The position numbers and the translations under genes were made by a program. From Paecilomyces variotii (taxonomy: Eukaryota), in assembly GCA_004022145.1 (NCBI GenBank), contig RCNU01000020.1: DNA of 64,000 bases; one strand, 5' to 3'. Below are positions 28,960 through 41,882 of this stretch, one piece after another. How positions within the stretch are numbered: the first letter of the stretch is position 1; each line of letters begins with the position of its first letter. Under the pieces are notes generated by a model. The model saw nothing but the letters and a program-made list of their open reading frames with translations. It ran no database searches and had not been told where the DNA came from.

Positions 28960-31167
28960 ACGTAATTCCCGACCGACCTAATTACCCGCCCGACCTAATC
29001 ACCTCACGAGCTTCTTTCGCAATTATTAAATCAGTTTTATTTAACCACCTACTATGCCACTAAAAAAGCCTATTTTATTGAAAAATCATATTGAGTAGGA
29101 GGGGAGGGTCTTATTAGCAATTAAAGCTTTAAAAAAAGATTAAATTCTCTCTATATAAAAGGCAGTATTAATTTTTAATATTTCTTATATAACCCTTTAG
29201 ATAAAACTTTAAAAATATTAATTTTATTATAATATCTCTAATAATATATTTAAATTAAATAAAATATAGTAGAAATTACTTATATAATAGATATTATTTA
29301 TAGATTTATAGGGATTAAATTCTTAGCCTGCATAAATCTAAGAGATAGGTAATTTTTTTATAGATTGAGATAGTAGGGTTTAATTAGAGAAGAACTAGGT
29401 ATTTATATTTATTAAATATTGCCTTAAATTAAAAAGTGTTTATTTTAGATAATATTTCTATTAGTAAACTAAATATAAAGATCTAAAGATTATTAAACCC
29501 TATTTTAATATTATTTAAATAACTAGAATAAAATATAAGATTATAAATAAAGATATTTATAATTTTAATAAAACTAGATATATAATAAGCTTTATTACTA
29601 CTACTAAAGTAGTAATATAAGCTAAATATTATAGAAAGTATTAAATTATCTAACTAGGCAATTATAAATAGGTTATATTAATTAAATATATTAACTCTAT
29701 AGGCTGGGTAATACTACTATATATTATTTTTAAAGGCAAAACCTATATTTAAGGCTAATATAAGGATCTTAATATATTAAAAGACTAAAGAATTAAAGTT
29801 AGCGATAATAATTAGACTATAGACTAAATTAAATTATATTAGCTTAAAAAGGTTTTTATATTTTAGATAGCTTATTAAAAGACTAAATAATATTTACTTC
29901 TTATTCTAGATAAGTATAGTATAGCGGGGAGAATCAGCGTAAAGAATATAATTAGTTAAGAGGTCATATACTTCTGCTTAAAGTCTTTAAAAAGTCTATA
30001 AGCAAAGCAGTAGAGGACAGGAGAAACACACCTTCTCAGTTATTCAGAATGAAATAATCAGCTTTACCTTTCTATTATTATTCAGTATCAGTTCAGCATC
30101 AGATTATTATTGGTTTACTATGTCAGTTCGCAGCCAGAGCTTCTCCTCTAACTCTACTCTGAGCTCCGAAGTCGAATACTCTTCTCCTCCTTCTCAATAC
30201 CTACTCGCTTAAAGACTCTATGCTAAGTCTTAATACGTCTTCCCACAACAATAGCAGTTATTTAATCCTAGAATTTAATAAGATATATAGTAAATATAAT
30301 ATTATTTTAGTCTATATACTACTATATTTATTAGCTTTCTATTAATCTCTAGATATTAACTGCTTTAGGCCTTTAAAAGGAGTATATAATTACTTAGTTT
30401 AAGATAAGTATTATTAGGGGTTTAATTATATTAATAAGCTTAACTTCCTAAGTATTTATTCTAGAGCTTATACTTAAATATTTATTTTAAATATTATTAA
30501 AAGCAGATTTAAAGCAACTAGTTTAATCCTTTTTAACTTAAAAGAAGTGCTTAGATAGTTTATTATTTAATTAACTATTCCTATATTATTAAGAAGCTAG
30601 TTAATTGCTTTTATAATCTCCTTATCTAAAATATTATAGAATTATAAAGATTTAAAAAAATATAAGATTATGTTTTAAGGCTTATTTAGAAGATAAATCT
30701 AAAATCTTTTATTTACTAATTAGCTAGTTCTAGATTATTTTATTTAATAATATAAATACTTAATAAGCAAAAAAATCTTTATAGTATATAAGAATTAAAA
30801 TCTATATTTAGCTAATAAAGAACTCTAGCAAAAAAAGTAATAATCTAATTATTAAATAGGTACTATATAGGGTTTAAATATTAAAGAAGGTTAAGCTTTT
30901 ATATAGAGAAATAATAAAATTAGTAAAGCTCTTACTAGCACTATAAAAAGATTAAATAATTTAATTATATAGCTATACTAGCGGGCATTACTAATATATT
31001 TAAATTATAATATTAGGGGCTATATTAGAGTTAGATATCTTAATTAATATAGCAATAAAATATTATTAAATTATGCTGCTATTTAGGTAGTAAAATCAGA
31101 CAGTATTTTATCTAAGTGTTTGAGGTAATTAGGTTGGGCGAGTAATCAGGTCGGTTAGGAATTATAT
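28960..31167 (+). mobile_element. Fot1/pogo-family DNA transposon, heavily RIP-mutated and non-functional
   Basis: 47-bp terminal inverted repeats (28960-29006 and 31121-31167; 8 mismatches, all transitions) flanked by TA on both sides. The very AT-rich interior still shows remnants of EQEGRVLLAI, IYNFDETG, GNREWVT, LLILDGHGSH and a C-terminal CCHC-like motif. About 1.87 kb without the internal insertion. Confidence 0.92.
29920..30250. mobile_element. Solo LTR-like insertion inside the Fot1 transposase
   Basis: 331-bp, less AT-rich block beginning TATAGCGGGGA (probably RIP-mutated TGT...) and ending TCCCACAACA, flanked by a 4-bp direct repeat ATAG (29916-29919 and 30251-30254). Removing it restores the (RIP-mutated) LDGHGSHL codons. 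Confidence 0.8.
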
Positions 31168-31715
31168 TAAATCAAGAAATCTTAGTCAGCATATTTTAGG
31201 CCCCTTGGTGCTATAATAGGTCGCCTACACCTTTCCCCCTTTAGGGTTAGATTAGCGCACACTGAATAGCTAGATAGAGCGTCTCCTGGATTTGATTCTT
31301 AACCAAGCATCTTTATCATTTTTGGCCCATGAGCCTCTGAGTGAGAGCATATAAAGAAAATCCCGACTAAGGGTCTTATGCTTGCTTTCGGCGGTGCGTA
31401 TTTAATATTAGTGCAAAATAGGATAGTGCCGAAGGCTATTTCCGACATTTAGGTAAGATAGTTAGGTAACTAAAAGACCCTGTTTCTTGTCGTTATTCTG
31501 ATAGTTGTTTTTGTTAGTTATTGCAATGATGTTTAAGTAAAGGAAGCTATACAAACCAGAATCTTTAATTCTTGATAAGTTCGGTTTAATAATCGCAATA
31601 TTAAACCAACCTATACAATCCTTGTACTAGATACAACAAGCATGTTCTATGGATGAATATTATGGTGGTGAACAAAGGCGTCATAGATCCGTTTGATGCC
31701 CTTAACTGCATAGCC

Positions 31716-31752
31716 AAAAAAAAAAAAGAAAAAAAGAAAAAAAAAAAAAAAA
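31716..31752. repeat. Poly-A / A-rich simple repeat
   Basis: A run with isolated G interruptions. Confidence 0.9.
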
Positions 31753-33017
31753 CTGAGGAGTAATTTTTCGGAAATTGGTATTTCAGCACACGGCAAATAT
31801 TTGAGCACGATCGCCCTGGGTTGGATTATATCGTCGGCGAAATGCTATAGCGGTGGGTGGAAAGTAGATGGATCAACTCGATCGATGTGGCCGTAAAAAG
31901 GGGAATAACTCCAGTTACACACGCCTAATTCACGCAGATTCAGATAGGCGTTTAATTACCAGCGAGAACGATCTGAATCTTGGCCTTCTTTCGTGTATTC
32001 ATGGTCGCCGTTGTCGTGGAACCCGATATTCGAGGTGTTTGTTTGTGGCCGCTACTCACATGATCCTACTGTATATATTAGATCCTCCAGCCCTCTTGTT
32101 AGACCTTAGCTTGTTCAATGATTTGTTGACTCTTCTATCCTCTCTTCCTAACACGAGGCACGGTGGTAGGGATGAACAGAAACCTCGCTTCGGACCTTCT
32201 GGCAGTTCTAGGGAGGTTATAATAGGCCCTAATGCAGGAATATAAAGAATCAGCGGCAAGAGAGCTCTTTCTTAGCTGGTGCTATAGTACTAACTAGAGA
32301 ATCGAAATGTAACAGCATCCTCTATAGGGTGCAAGTTATTGAATTTGTATCCTAGTGTGGTTATAGAAGTATCATCAAGAACTAGTTTCTCTCAGCTGCA
32401 GATCCCGAGACCCAGGAAGGCTCTGTCTCTCTTCAAAAAGAAAAGACCACCCATTCTAGATACCGGGATGGTCCATTCAGCGTTAATGCTGAGCTGCGCG
32501 TATACCCCCTTAACAGAATACTCATCCTCTGCATCGTTGGACCCATCGGTGATGGCTATCGAGGAGTTTTTCTCAGCATTATCCCCTCCCCCCGCCTTCT
32601 CCGTCGACAAAAAGGTAAAAAGAGCCAGAATTTCAGTGAGAGCAAGCATCTGATAGGTCGTTCGCTAGAAATATCATACGCCTCGTAGCTCCTGTGCGTC
32701 CTCTGGTAGGGCGGGCAATAAAGCTGTCTATCTCGTTCAAAAATATTCTCATATCATAACACCGCATCTCCCGTATGACAATTTTTATGCGCCATGCTTG
32801 GCAGTTACTCTACAATTTCTCTAAGCCTGATATGTCTAGCTTTGATAAAGTAGCAAGCAAACTCAGCGACACATAGACATCATGGAACCAATCACCGCTA
32901 TATCTATCTTGCAGGTTTACTTAAAAGGCAATCATCTTGGATAGATCTCCAGTACTACTCGTCTAAACGTACGCTTCATCCGACCAAGTATTTCTAGGCT
33001 TCACTTGTTGAAACTGT

Positions 33018-33664
33018 CTAGACACCCATTCCTTCACGTCGCTTGGCCGCTAAAATCAGTAACATATAGTATTCCTTCTCGTCACCGGTCACTTCATAAC
33101 CGCTCCAGCGTCTAGCATATTCAATCATCTGACTTCTGTCGCATTCAGGGCCCGGTACGAGCTCCAGGACGTCGAACAAGGCATCGGATTCGCGCGACTT
33201 CACTGCAATGCCGGATGGGACAAAACGGGCTCCCCCGGGAGCACTGTTATTCCATAGGTATCCCCAGTGGTAGCCTCCGGTGCGCATGAAAATGAGGTCG
33301 TCGTCTTTGTTAATAGCCAAAGACCAGCCTCTGAGTGCTTCGCCCTGTCGCCACTCGGGGTGGTCTGCGGGTACCACGGAATTAACTGACAAACGTTAGT
33401 TTGTGCTAAATTATATATGCCGTTACTTATCAACCAATGTAATATATTCCCGTCCCGAAAGGCCCGAGTGCGACCTCCAGTCCCTGTTTTTCCTCTGCGT
33501 TGAAATAACCCATTTTTTGAGAGATTTGAGTCTGAGTGGATTGGAAGAATGATGCGGTGTTCTTGAGTAAAATCTAAAGACGTTCCCGGCAGGAGAAATC
33601 TACCACTATTTATGTACAGCTCCGATGCCACGTGAAAGGATAGCATTTGCGATGCTAGCTTCAT
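33018..33664 (-). CDS. Hypothetical two-exon protein (about 200 aa), no recognised family
   Basis: ORF 33664-33427 joins ORF 33385-33018 in frame through a 41-bp GTAACG..CTAAC..CAG intron (33426-33386). Confidence 0.45.
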
Positions 33665-35469
33665 TATCAGTGTAGAAATAGGAAAGGATCTGTGCCACCG
33701 TGTGACTCATTTTGTTTTTGTTCACGTCAGAGAATTCCTAAAGATTTGGGGAATCACAATAACTGGTTCAAAATTGTGGTGCGGAGGTTCATGTCGATAA
33801 AAGTTTTCAAGGATGGATAACCTAGCTGTGGCGGGCTGAATTCTAATTCCAGCACCCAATTGAGTACAGCAGAGAAAACATTATCCATCGATAGGTTTGT
33901 GTTTATTGACCAGATAGAAAAACACGAACCTAAGAGATCAAGAACTGTTTGCAGTGATCAAGTTTAACATCGAGAAGTGAGCATACCTTCAATTCAATAC
34001 CCAAGTGCTTAAACTGAGGACACAAAAGTGGTAATTGAAAGACATTGACCAGACAAGGCTGTTCTTCACCACTCCGCTACAATCCAAAAGCGTGTTATAG
34101 TTATAGTCTCTGGCCCGATTTGGTGGGGACGAGCCGCGTATAAAAAATTGGAACGTGGTATAAATGTCAGCCAGCCACAAAACATGCGGGGCACAAACTG
34201 AAAGTCTAAGGGCACTACGCTGCGTTAGTGAACTGTAGATAGCCATCTCATAAGACGATCTCCCTTAGATAGCTTCAAAGTAGAGATGAAACGAACCGAC
34301 TGACGAGGAAGCCTGCAAGATTGCCGAACCTAGCGCCCACATAGGGCAACAGATTATGCAGACATGATGGCTTTGCTGGCTCCACTTGCTCCTCCCTAAA
34401 CATAGTTACTACAACTCGAGCATAGAATAACTGAGAAGAAGGGTTCATTTGAAGATAGGGTAGATACTAGAGAACCACGTTTCAGAGGGCAGAATACAGA
34501 TTCGTAGCACTTTGCTGACCAGCGGCATTGCACAACCCATCATAAACTAGCAGCTCTATTCAGAAAACGGTGAATAAGCCTCGTCAGCCAGTGAAAATCC
34601 TTCCTCCGAATCTCATGAGCTCAAGACCACACAATGGATCGGATTCTTTTTGTGTCTGTTTCTCAGCTAACCTATGAAATGGATGGATTGGCTCTGGCTA
34701 GCGGAGCGGGCCGTTTCTGTCCCAAGGATAGCTTTTGCAACGGTACTTCTTAGATCAGATCAGGGGCATCAGATCGGCGGGCAGGAAGGAGGTTGGTAGG
34801 CCAGACGATCAAACCAGATCGCTAGAACTCCCCGCAGTCTACGTGGTTCCATAGAAGGCCCAGTAAGTATTATTAGTTAGTTATAGATAAGTAGTGAACA
34901 GCCGTTAGTTAACGAGTTACTATTGCCAGTTCTGCCAAAGTTATAGCAGTGAATCAAGATAGGTAAGTGTATTTCGGATTTATTTTCCGGGGTTGAAGTT
35001 GCAAGCGCGTCTGCGCAATAATACTTACCCGTTTCACGTTTTAACATTGTGTGTTTGTGGCTAGCAAATTAGTAATCAGAGATCACCAATCGCAACTCCT
35101 ATGAAAGATCTTAGGGCTGAGCGTTTTCCCTGGGAGACGAAACTATTATTTAATGTCCGGATATTCCTCTCTGCCAGGTAACTCTAATACATCTTTTAAG
35201 CACCTGCTCGGTTGTGTTGTATCGGATACCATCAATGAATGCCAAAAATGTAGGTGCAAACTTGTTGGAAATTCAAGCATCTTCAAGCAGGTGCAATGCT
35301 GAAATAGCGTGACATCCAAATGAATTTCTTGTAAAGCAACGATAGACAGGTATTTGGGACAACTCAAATAACTAAATGTTGACGAAGATGACTAACTCCC
35401 CGTTTCCTCAAATGCTTCCATCATTCTGGGTTTCATAGCTCATGGCTATGTTCCATTGTACCGTAGCGC

Positions 35470-35551
35470 AAAAAAATAAAAATAAAAATAAAAAATAAAT
35501 AAAGAGAGAGAGAGAGAGAGAGAAGAAGAAGAAGAAGAAGAAGAAGAAGAA
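35470..35551. repeat. Compound microsatellite (AAAAAT)n-(GA)n-(GAA)n
   Basis: Directly visible, ending about 20 bp downstream of the siderophore-transporter stop codon. Confidence 0.95.
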
Positions 35552-35569
35552 TAAGGAGGGAGAGAGTGA

Positions 35570-37517
35570 CTAGAACAAGACACCCTTGGTCTGTGTCTCT
35601 TTAGTAAGCTTGATGTCCCTGATCACGAACATCCAAATAAGGGAAAGAGCCATAATCGCAGTCCCAGCAATCAACATCTTGCTCTGTGCCTCTGCATAAG
35701 CAAGGGAAATGGCGTGTCGAGTCTCTTCGCCACTTGGGTAACTCAGCTGCGATTCAAGCGAGTCATAGATTGTTTCCCAGTCAGCCTTGGCGGACTCAGG
35801 AAGTAGACGCTTCAATGCTGCAGGCAAAGTGTGCGTCCAGATAGCACCTGAGATACTACTTCCAATCGCGCCTCCCATAGAGCCAAAGCAATTAAGGAAT
35901 GCGAGGGATGAAGCAGCATGATTGTGATCTGATGCGGCTAGGACGGCAACTTGTTGGCAGATAATCATAGTACCGCCAGCAAACGCAATGAATACCTGGC
36001 ACATGATCGTATAGCCAACAGACCGGTCAGGGTTGCGAAAATAGATCATCAAGCCGACTCCAAGCATGTAGAGAGGTACTGCTCCCCAAAGTAACCATCG
36101 GAAACGGCCTGTTTTCTTGATCAGAACTCCCACAACTAAAAGCCAGACTCCAGAAACCACGTCGAAGATGCTGCTTATGTATCCTGCAACTTCGATACTT
36201 GTTCCGTACACGACCTGCAGATAGGAGGTGAAGTAGTCGGCCCAGCAGTAGTATGCGATCTGGTAACAGACATCTATGAGACAAGCACCAAGAACCGTTC
36301 TGGAGACCAATAATTTCCATGGAAGAAAGGGCACTGGAGCAAGGAAGCGCTCTGCCAAAGCAAAGGCGATCAAGCACACGATGCCAATCACAAGCATCGT
36401 AATGATCGAGCCAGACCTCCAATCGTCGGCAGTAGATCCAGCGATGGTGAAGGGAAGTAGGAAAAGGACCAGTCCAGCGGTCAGAAGGAACACACCCAGG
36501 ACTGCAAGTGTTAGCACGAAGTCGTTCAGCGAGGGTTACAACTTACTGTCAAACTCGATAGTATAAAATATGATACTTTGCATTAGAGATCTACCGCTCG
36601 CTTCTTTCTTACGCAGGAGCCCCTTCTTCTTCGCCTTGTAGCGATTATACTGCAAGAGACCAAACATTGGCAATGCAACAACAGGAAGGACAATAGCGAA
36701 ACAGCCGTATGCCCAACGCCAGTTGGTTTCGTAGAAATGCTGGGAAGCAGCAGAACCTGCGTATGCTGTGATGATATAAGGCGAGGAAGTGAATGCATAC
36801 GCAAGACCTCGATCGCGCAGCGTCGACGTGTCTGCTGTGATGACGTCGACGCAAAAGATCATACCGGAAAATCCAACACTGTAGAATACCTTTTTTGTGG
36901 ACATAAGTGATTTGTACAGTACTATAGGCGAAAAGTGCAATGGACTTACCTGCGATGCGCAGTAGGTTGCGATGCCCGTGCAGGTAGCAGACAATATCAA
37001 TCCCACAGTGGCGAAGACTGCCATGAGGAGGAATCCAAGAGAGCGGTCCCAGAGGTTCAGTATTTTCGCGACAGGCATATAGGTTGCTGCTGACATGACG
37101 CTGGATACGACATAGATCACTGGAATTAGGGAGTGCGACTCGAATCCGCTGGTCACGTAGGCCGACAAGTTGCTAGTGATTGAGGACTGAAAAGCATTAA
37201 CAAAGTATAAGAGAAACATTCTATTTTGCAATAGTCAGCGTTTTCCCTCTCTACGGCTATCACATCTGGACTCACAAGATATACGCTGCTCCCAAAGATG
37301 TCTTTGTCCATGATAAGGTGATAGCTTCGGCTTGTGTTACTCCGTTTTGGGCTGACTCGTCAGGGAGCTGGTCATTAACGGCGTCGTCGACTTTTTCAGC
37401 TGGCAACTTTGATTCTGTCTTCGTTAAAGTGTCCGCGGTTGCGAGTTCATGGTCTCCAGTAGGACCTGGAGAAGCAGAATCCGCAGCTGGAAAGACCCTC
37501 TTCAACATGGACAACAT
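35570..37517 (-). CDS. mirB: Siderophore-iron transporter, MFS SIT/ARN family (MirB-like)
   Basis: Exons 37517-37276, 37220-36950, 36889-36547 and 36501-35570. Motifs GVTQAEAITLSW, YVTSGFESHSL, DVITADTSTLRDRGLAYAFTSSPYII and WRWAYG; many transmembrane segments; C-terminus QTKGVLF. The symbol is by resemblance only. Confidence 0.88.
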
Positions 37518-38122
37518 CTTCAGTTTGGGAAGTGTCCCTCCACTCTGGCTCTGATAGAAGGACTATGCTGAATGAAAATACTAAATCAGAATCCATGCTA
37601 TCAGCGACACGAGGCTTCTTAAGACATTTCCAAGTTGGACTCTTTCACAATTAAGGCAAATCCAGAACACTCCGCCTGAAGGTGATCTGGCCATATCGAT
37701 CTTTAGAGATCTAGTGTGTGAAAAATCGCATCAGAAAACTTTACTCGCAACTTAGTGGAGAGCATCTAGCATGCATTGGGGGCGGGTCGCCCGAGATAGA
37801 GTGGTATCGCTTCCCATAGCTTTCCTGGATCGCTGCCGCGGTTTTTCGCGTACGACATTGGGACTGAGGTGTTACGAGTAGTCGCAACTGAGTGGTTCTT
37901 GGGAAATTATCAATGCATTTACAATCTCATCCAAGGGTTACGGAATATTCGTCCATCACCTCCGTATTGGATACCAGCCGAAGAATGAAGATGAGGAGTA
38001 GACCGAATTTTCTCTTTCTTTCCTTTTCTTTGCCCTTCTCGCTTCTCATCTTCATGACTCGTATCGGCCCCAACAAACGCGTATAGTTACGCCACTCGGC
38101 TTCAATAACTAGGCTACCGACC

Positions 38123-38157
38123 TTATCAGATTAGATCTGGCGTATCAGATTAGATAA
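38123..38157 (-). promoter_or_regulatory. SreA-type iron-repression GATA element(s) upstream of the siderophore transporter
   Basis: TTATCAGAT (38123-38131) reads ATCTGATAA on the gene strand, matching the ATCWGATAA consensus. A near copy follows in the duplicated 13-mer TATCAGATTAGAT, about 600 bp upstream of the ATG. Confidence 0.65.
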
Positions 38158-40601
38158 TATAGCTTGTCTAGCGGCGTCTACGAAAGTCTATTTCATTAGC
38201 GGCGAGATGAATAGTGCAGCTTACTCTTGGCTCTTGAGTCTTGACTCTTGAGTCTTAATACATAGTGCATCAAAAAAAAAAAATTGCCAACGCTAGTAAG
38301 CTTGGCACTATTCCGTCTTATGCCCTAGATGCTAATAACTTCCTTTATTAGTGATAGATGAAGCTATTCCCTAGTCGCTCCAGATCATGTTTTTCCAATC
38401 CTCAAGTATCCGAGTGTTAGGTAGTTTATGATCTAGGGCAAACTGTAACCTACGACGTTTATTTCGTTAGTAAGTCTGAAAGTCCCTATTTGCGCAAAAT
38501 CCGCTAAGCAGAGGCAGACATCTTGCTCTATATCCTTTGTAATCTTTGGGGGCCGTTCAGATCGTTTAGCATCCTCGATACACTCTTTTTAATGCGAACA
38601 CTCAAGTAGTGGATTATAGTCGCGCTCTTGGGTTTTTTCTCGAGAGCTCTTTGCCTACGAGGAGGAATCCGTGTCGAGCGATAGGTCTCAATGGGATCAG
38701 CTCCGTATATGATCATAGTCGAACGAGCTTTTTTCATGGTCTCGGTGTTGGTCTTGCAGATTTAACTATTAGAGGAGTTTTATCAGTTCTAAGAGAGTCG
38801 ATATTACGGTTGCTCGTCGGCTCGTTGGTACGATTAGAATGATCAAGCTCTATTGCAAAAAGCTTTATATCTGGTGACATCGAGCGAATGGGCAGTCAGC
38901 AGCACTAGGCAGCTCTACTAAGCTCTAATATATCATAGTACGGAGTTGGTGAAGCGTTAGGCGTAATGAATCTAGTACGGCCAATCTTACTAGCGTTGGG
39001 AGTGGCTTGAAGTGAAGGAGCATGCCCATGACTTATCGGAAAACGCCGAGCTAACTATTGTTTTACTGGGAAGCTATAAACGATGGCGGCGCTCACTCTA
39101 AATCCAGACTTAATAGGGCCAGGCTTTTCATCGCTTACGGATCCTAAACTTCACTTTACACTGCAGTACGTTCAAATAAATACTAGCTGAAGGGAACATG
39201 TTCCCAGGAAACCTTATGTATGTACTATGTCTGCTTCTACATTATGATCGATACATTGCTATCTGAAACTACTCTGTCTGGGTCTTTGTAATCCATATAT
39301 TAACTCGGCACTCATACCGAGATTATTATAACCGGTTATACTATTCAGCAGCTTCTCGGAGATTCTTTACCATTTAGTATAGAGGGAAGTCAGGAATATA
39401 ATACACTAGTCATCAGCTTAAAGTACTCGAAATAAAGCTTTGTGTAACTGTCCGTAGAGCAGCAGAGTAACGAAGTGCCTGAAGCTTCAGAGACGTATGG
39501 CACGATCTGAAACTATCAAACAGGATAAATTCGTGCAGTTGTTAAGACCTCTCTGAACTGTATCACATGAGGTCTGTCAAAGGTATCTTGAATTATCTAC
39601 AATCATTCCGACAGCTATAGATCTGTCATAAGAGCACTAAAAGATACTCGCACTATATCTACAGCCGCTCTGACATTATACAACGCTGCTGGGAATGCCA
39701 TACTCCATGAGAAAATCTGCTACCGGATGCGTTAATTGCATCAGATGCACGATATCTCATCTATATACCGGATCGACGTCGCGGCTATGGCAGACGTCCA
39801 CGTCCGCCCTCTGCCACTGAAGAGCGCCTCGTTCTTCCTTTCTCGCCTGCACTTGACTCTTTCGACACAGACTTCCAACACACGTTGGCCTCACACACAT
39901 TTTCAGTCGCACATTATTTAATGGAATCTAAGAAATAAATCCCCATGGGGAAAGTATCCTGAGACCGGAGAAAGTATCTAGCCGGGAAAGATCTTTTCCG
40001 CTGCTAGTTTAGGTAGTAGTGCCATTATCTGACGGCACGCTTGTTGGGATCTCGCCAACCCGTTTAGATCGACCACTACCTGTTAAATCATTGAAGTGTA
40101 GGTGTTAGGATAAGCCGATAGGTAACTTAACTATGTTGCCGGGTCGCGATGTAGAGGTGCACTGTGAGATGATAGGCAAATCAGGCTAGGGCTCTTCGTA
40201 AAGGCCCGGCATTCATAGCAGGCGAGAATAGACACCCGCATGCAACATGACAACAATAAAACTATCTATGGTACATATACCACCGGAACATGCATGCCCA
40301 ACGGTAAACCAAAGCGGTTGAACGGCGTCAGTTATGACTGTTTTGATCGACCGTGCGAGACTGCCGAATCCACTACACCCCGCCTCTTCCCCGCGTGCCA
40401 GGAACAACACGGGTCGAGACTCGGGATTCAACGTCGGGATGAAGACGACAAGGCAGAAGATGGAAATGGAGAAATTTTTCCAACAAAAATTGGGAATCCT
40501 TTTATTCTCAATCTCGCCCAGAGAGATGAAATAGAAGTTCTTCAATTCCTTTTCCTTTTAACACTCCTCACTTGGTAGATTACAACCCCGCCTGTTACAC
40601 A

Positions 40602-41882
40602 ATGCGCCATCGTCTTATGGTCGGCACCTGGACGCCTCCAGGGCGAATCTACACAGTCGAGTTCGACGATGAGGCTCTAACGCTCACGTTGGTCAAGAAG
40701 ACCGCAATCCCAGAAGACGAACCCATCTCGTGGTTGACGTTCGACGTGAGTCTCCCGAGATGCTTTGCGACTCCCGATCTCACAAAACCCGTTGCTAGCA
40801 CGCCAAGAAAAATATATACGGCGCTGCGATGAAGAAATGGTCCAGCTTCGCAGTTCAAAGTGCCACTGATATCATCCACACTACATCTCAACCTCTAGGA
40901 GGTCATCGTACGTGCTTCCCTGAAGAAATCCAATTATTCCACGACTTTCCCTAGGCTCACCTCTTGTGTCTTGTCTAGCATCCGCATCCCGAGCAGACAC
41001 AAACACCAGAGCTATCTTCGTCCTGGCGGCGAAGAAACCACCATACAATGTTTACGGAAACCCCTTCTACGATTATGCCGGTTACGGCAACGTGTTCTCC
41101 GTCGACGCCAACGGGGCCATTGAGCGTAACATCCAGAACTATGAATATGCGCCCAACTCCGGCGTCCACGGGATGGTCTTCGATCCCACCGAAACCTACC
41201 TCTACTCGGCGGATCTCCGCGCAAACAAGATCTGGACGCACAAGAAGGAAGAAGATGGTCGTCTGACTCTCGTCGATTGTATCGATGCTCCCTCACCTGA
41301 CGATCACCCGCGGTGGGTGGCTATGCACCCCAGTGGAGCGTATCTTTATGTCTTGATGGAGGCTGGAAATCGTCTCGGCGTCTACGTGATTGATGAACAT
41401 AGACATGTTCCTGTCTTCACGCGTCTCACATATCCCCTGATTCCTCCAGGTACTACCTCCCGTCCCCTCCCGCTAATATCAACTACGAACGCGATGGAAC
41501 AGAGTAGTTTTGACTGACCACCCCAGGACTACCTCCACGAAACAAATACCGCGCCGATGTCGTCTTCACATCTCACAGTGGAAAGTATCTCTTCGCCACC
41601 ACCCGTGGCAACTCATTCGACATCACAGGTTACATCAGTGCATTCAAGCTAGGACCAGCCGGCAACATTGAGCGCCAACTCTTCATCAACCCAACTCCCA
41701 ACAGCGGAGGGCACTCGAACGCCGTCAGCCCCTGTGACTGGAGCGATGAATGGTTAGCCCTGACTGATGACCAGGATGGATTTGTTGAGATTTACCGCTT
41801 CCGCGACGAACATCTCGCACGTGTTGCGCGCGTGGATATCCCTGAAAAGGGATTCGGTATGAATGCGATCTGGTACGATTGA
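40602..41882 (+). CDS. cmcA: 3-carboxy-cis,cis-muconate cyclase (fungal CMLE, beta-propeller lactonase family)
   Basis: Exons 40602-40745, 40799-40907, 40979-41449 and 41527-41882. Motifs LMVGTWTPPG, IYGAAMKKWSS, NTRAIFVLAA, GVHGMVFDP, DHPRWV, YVLMEAGN, GGHSNAVSP and C-terminal GMNAIWYD. Confidence 0.92.

Noticed and set aside
31860-32700. Short ORFs with coding-like composition
   Set aside because: Interrupted by stops and unassignable; possibly a relic, but unsupported.
38225-38258. 7-bp tandem repeat (CTCTTGA/GTCTTGA)
   Set aside because: Short simple repeat without unique spacers; not CRISPR-like and no functional evidence.
38500-39100. TAG/CTA-rich stretch suggestive of a degraded repeat
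   Set aside because: No terminal repeats or transposase motif could be identified.
40240-40578. 112-aa ORF just upstream of the muconate cyclase
   Set aside because: Lies in the expected promoter/5' UTR and has no recognisable features.
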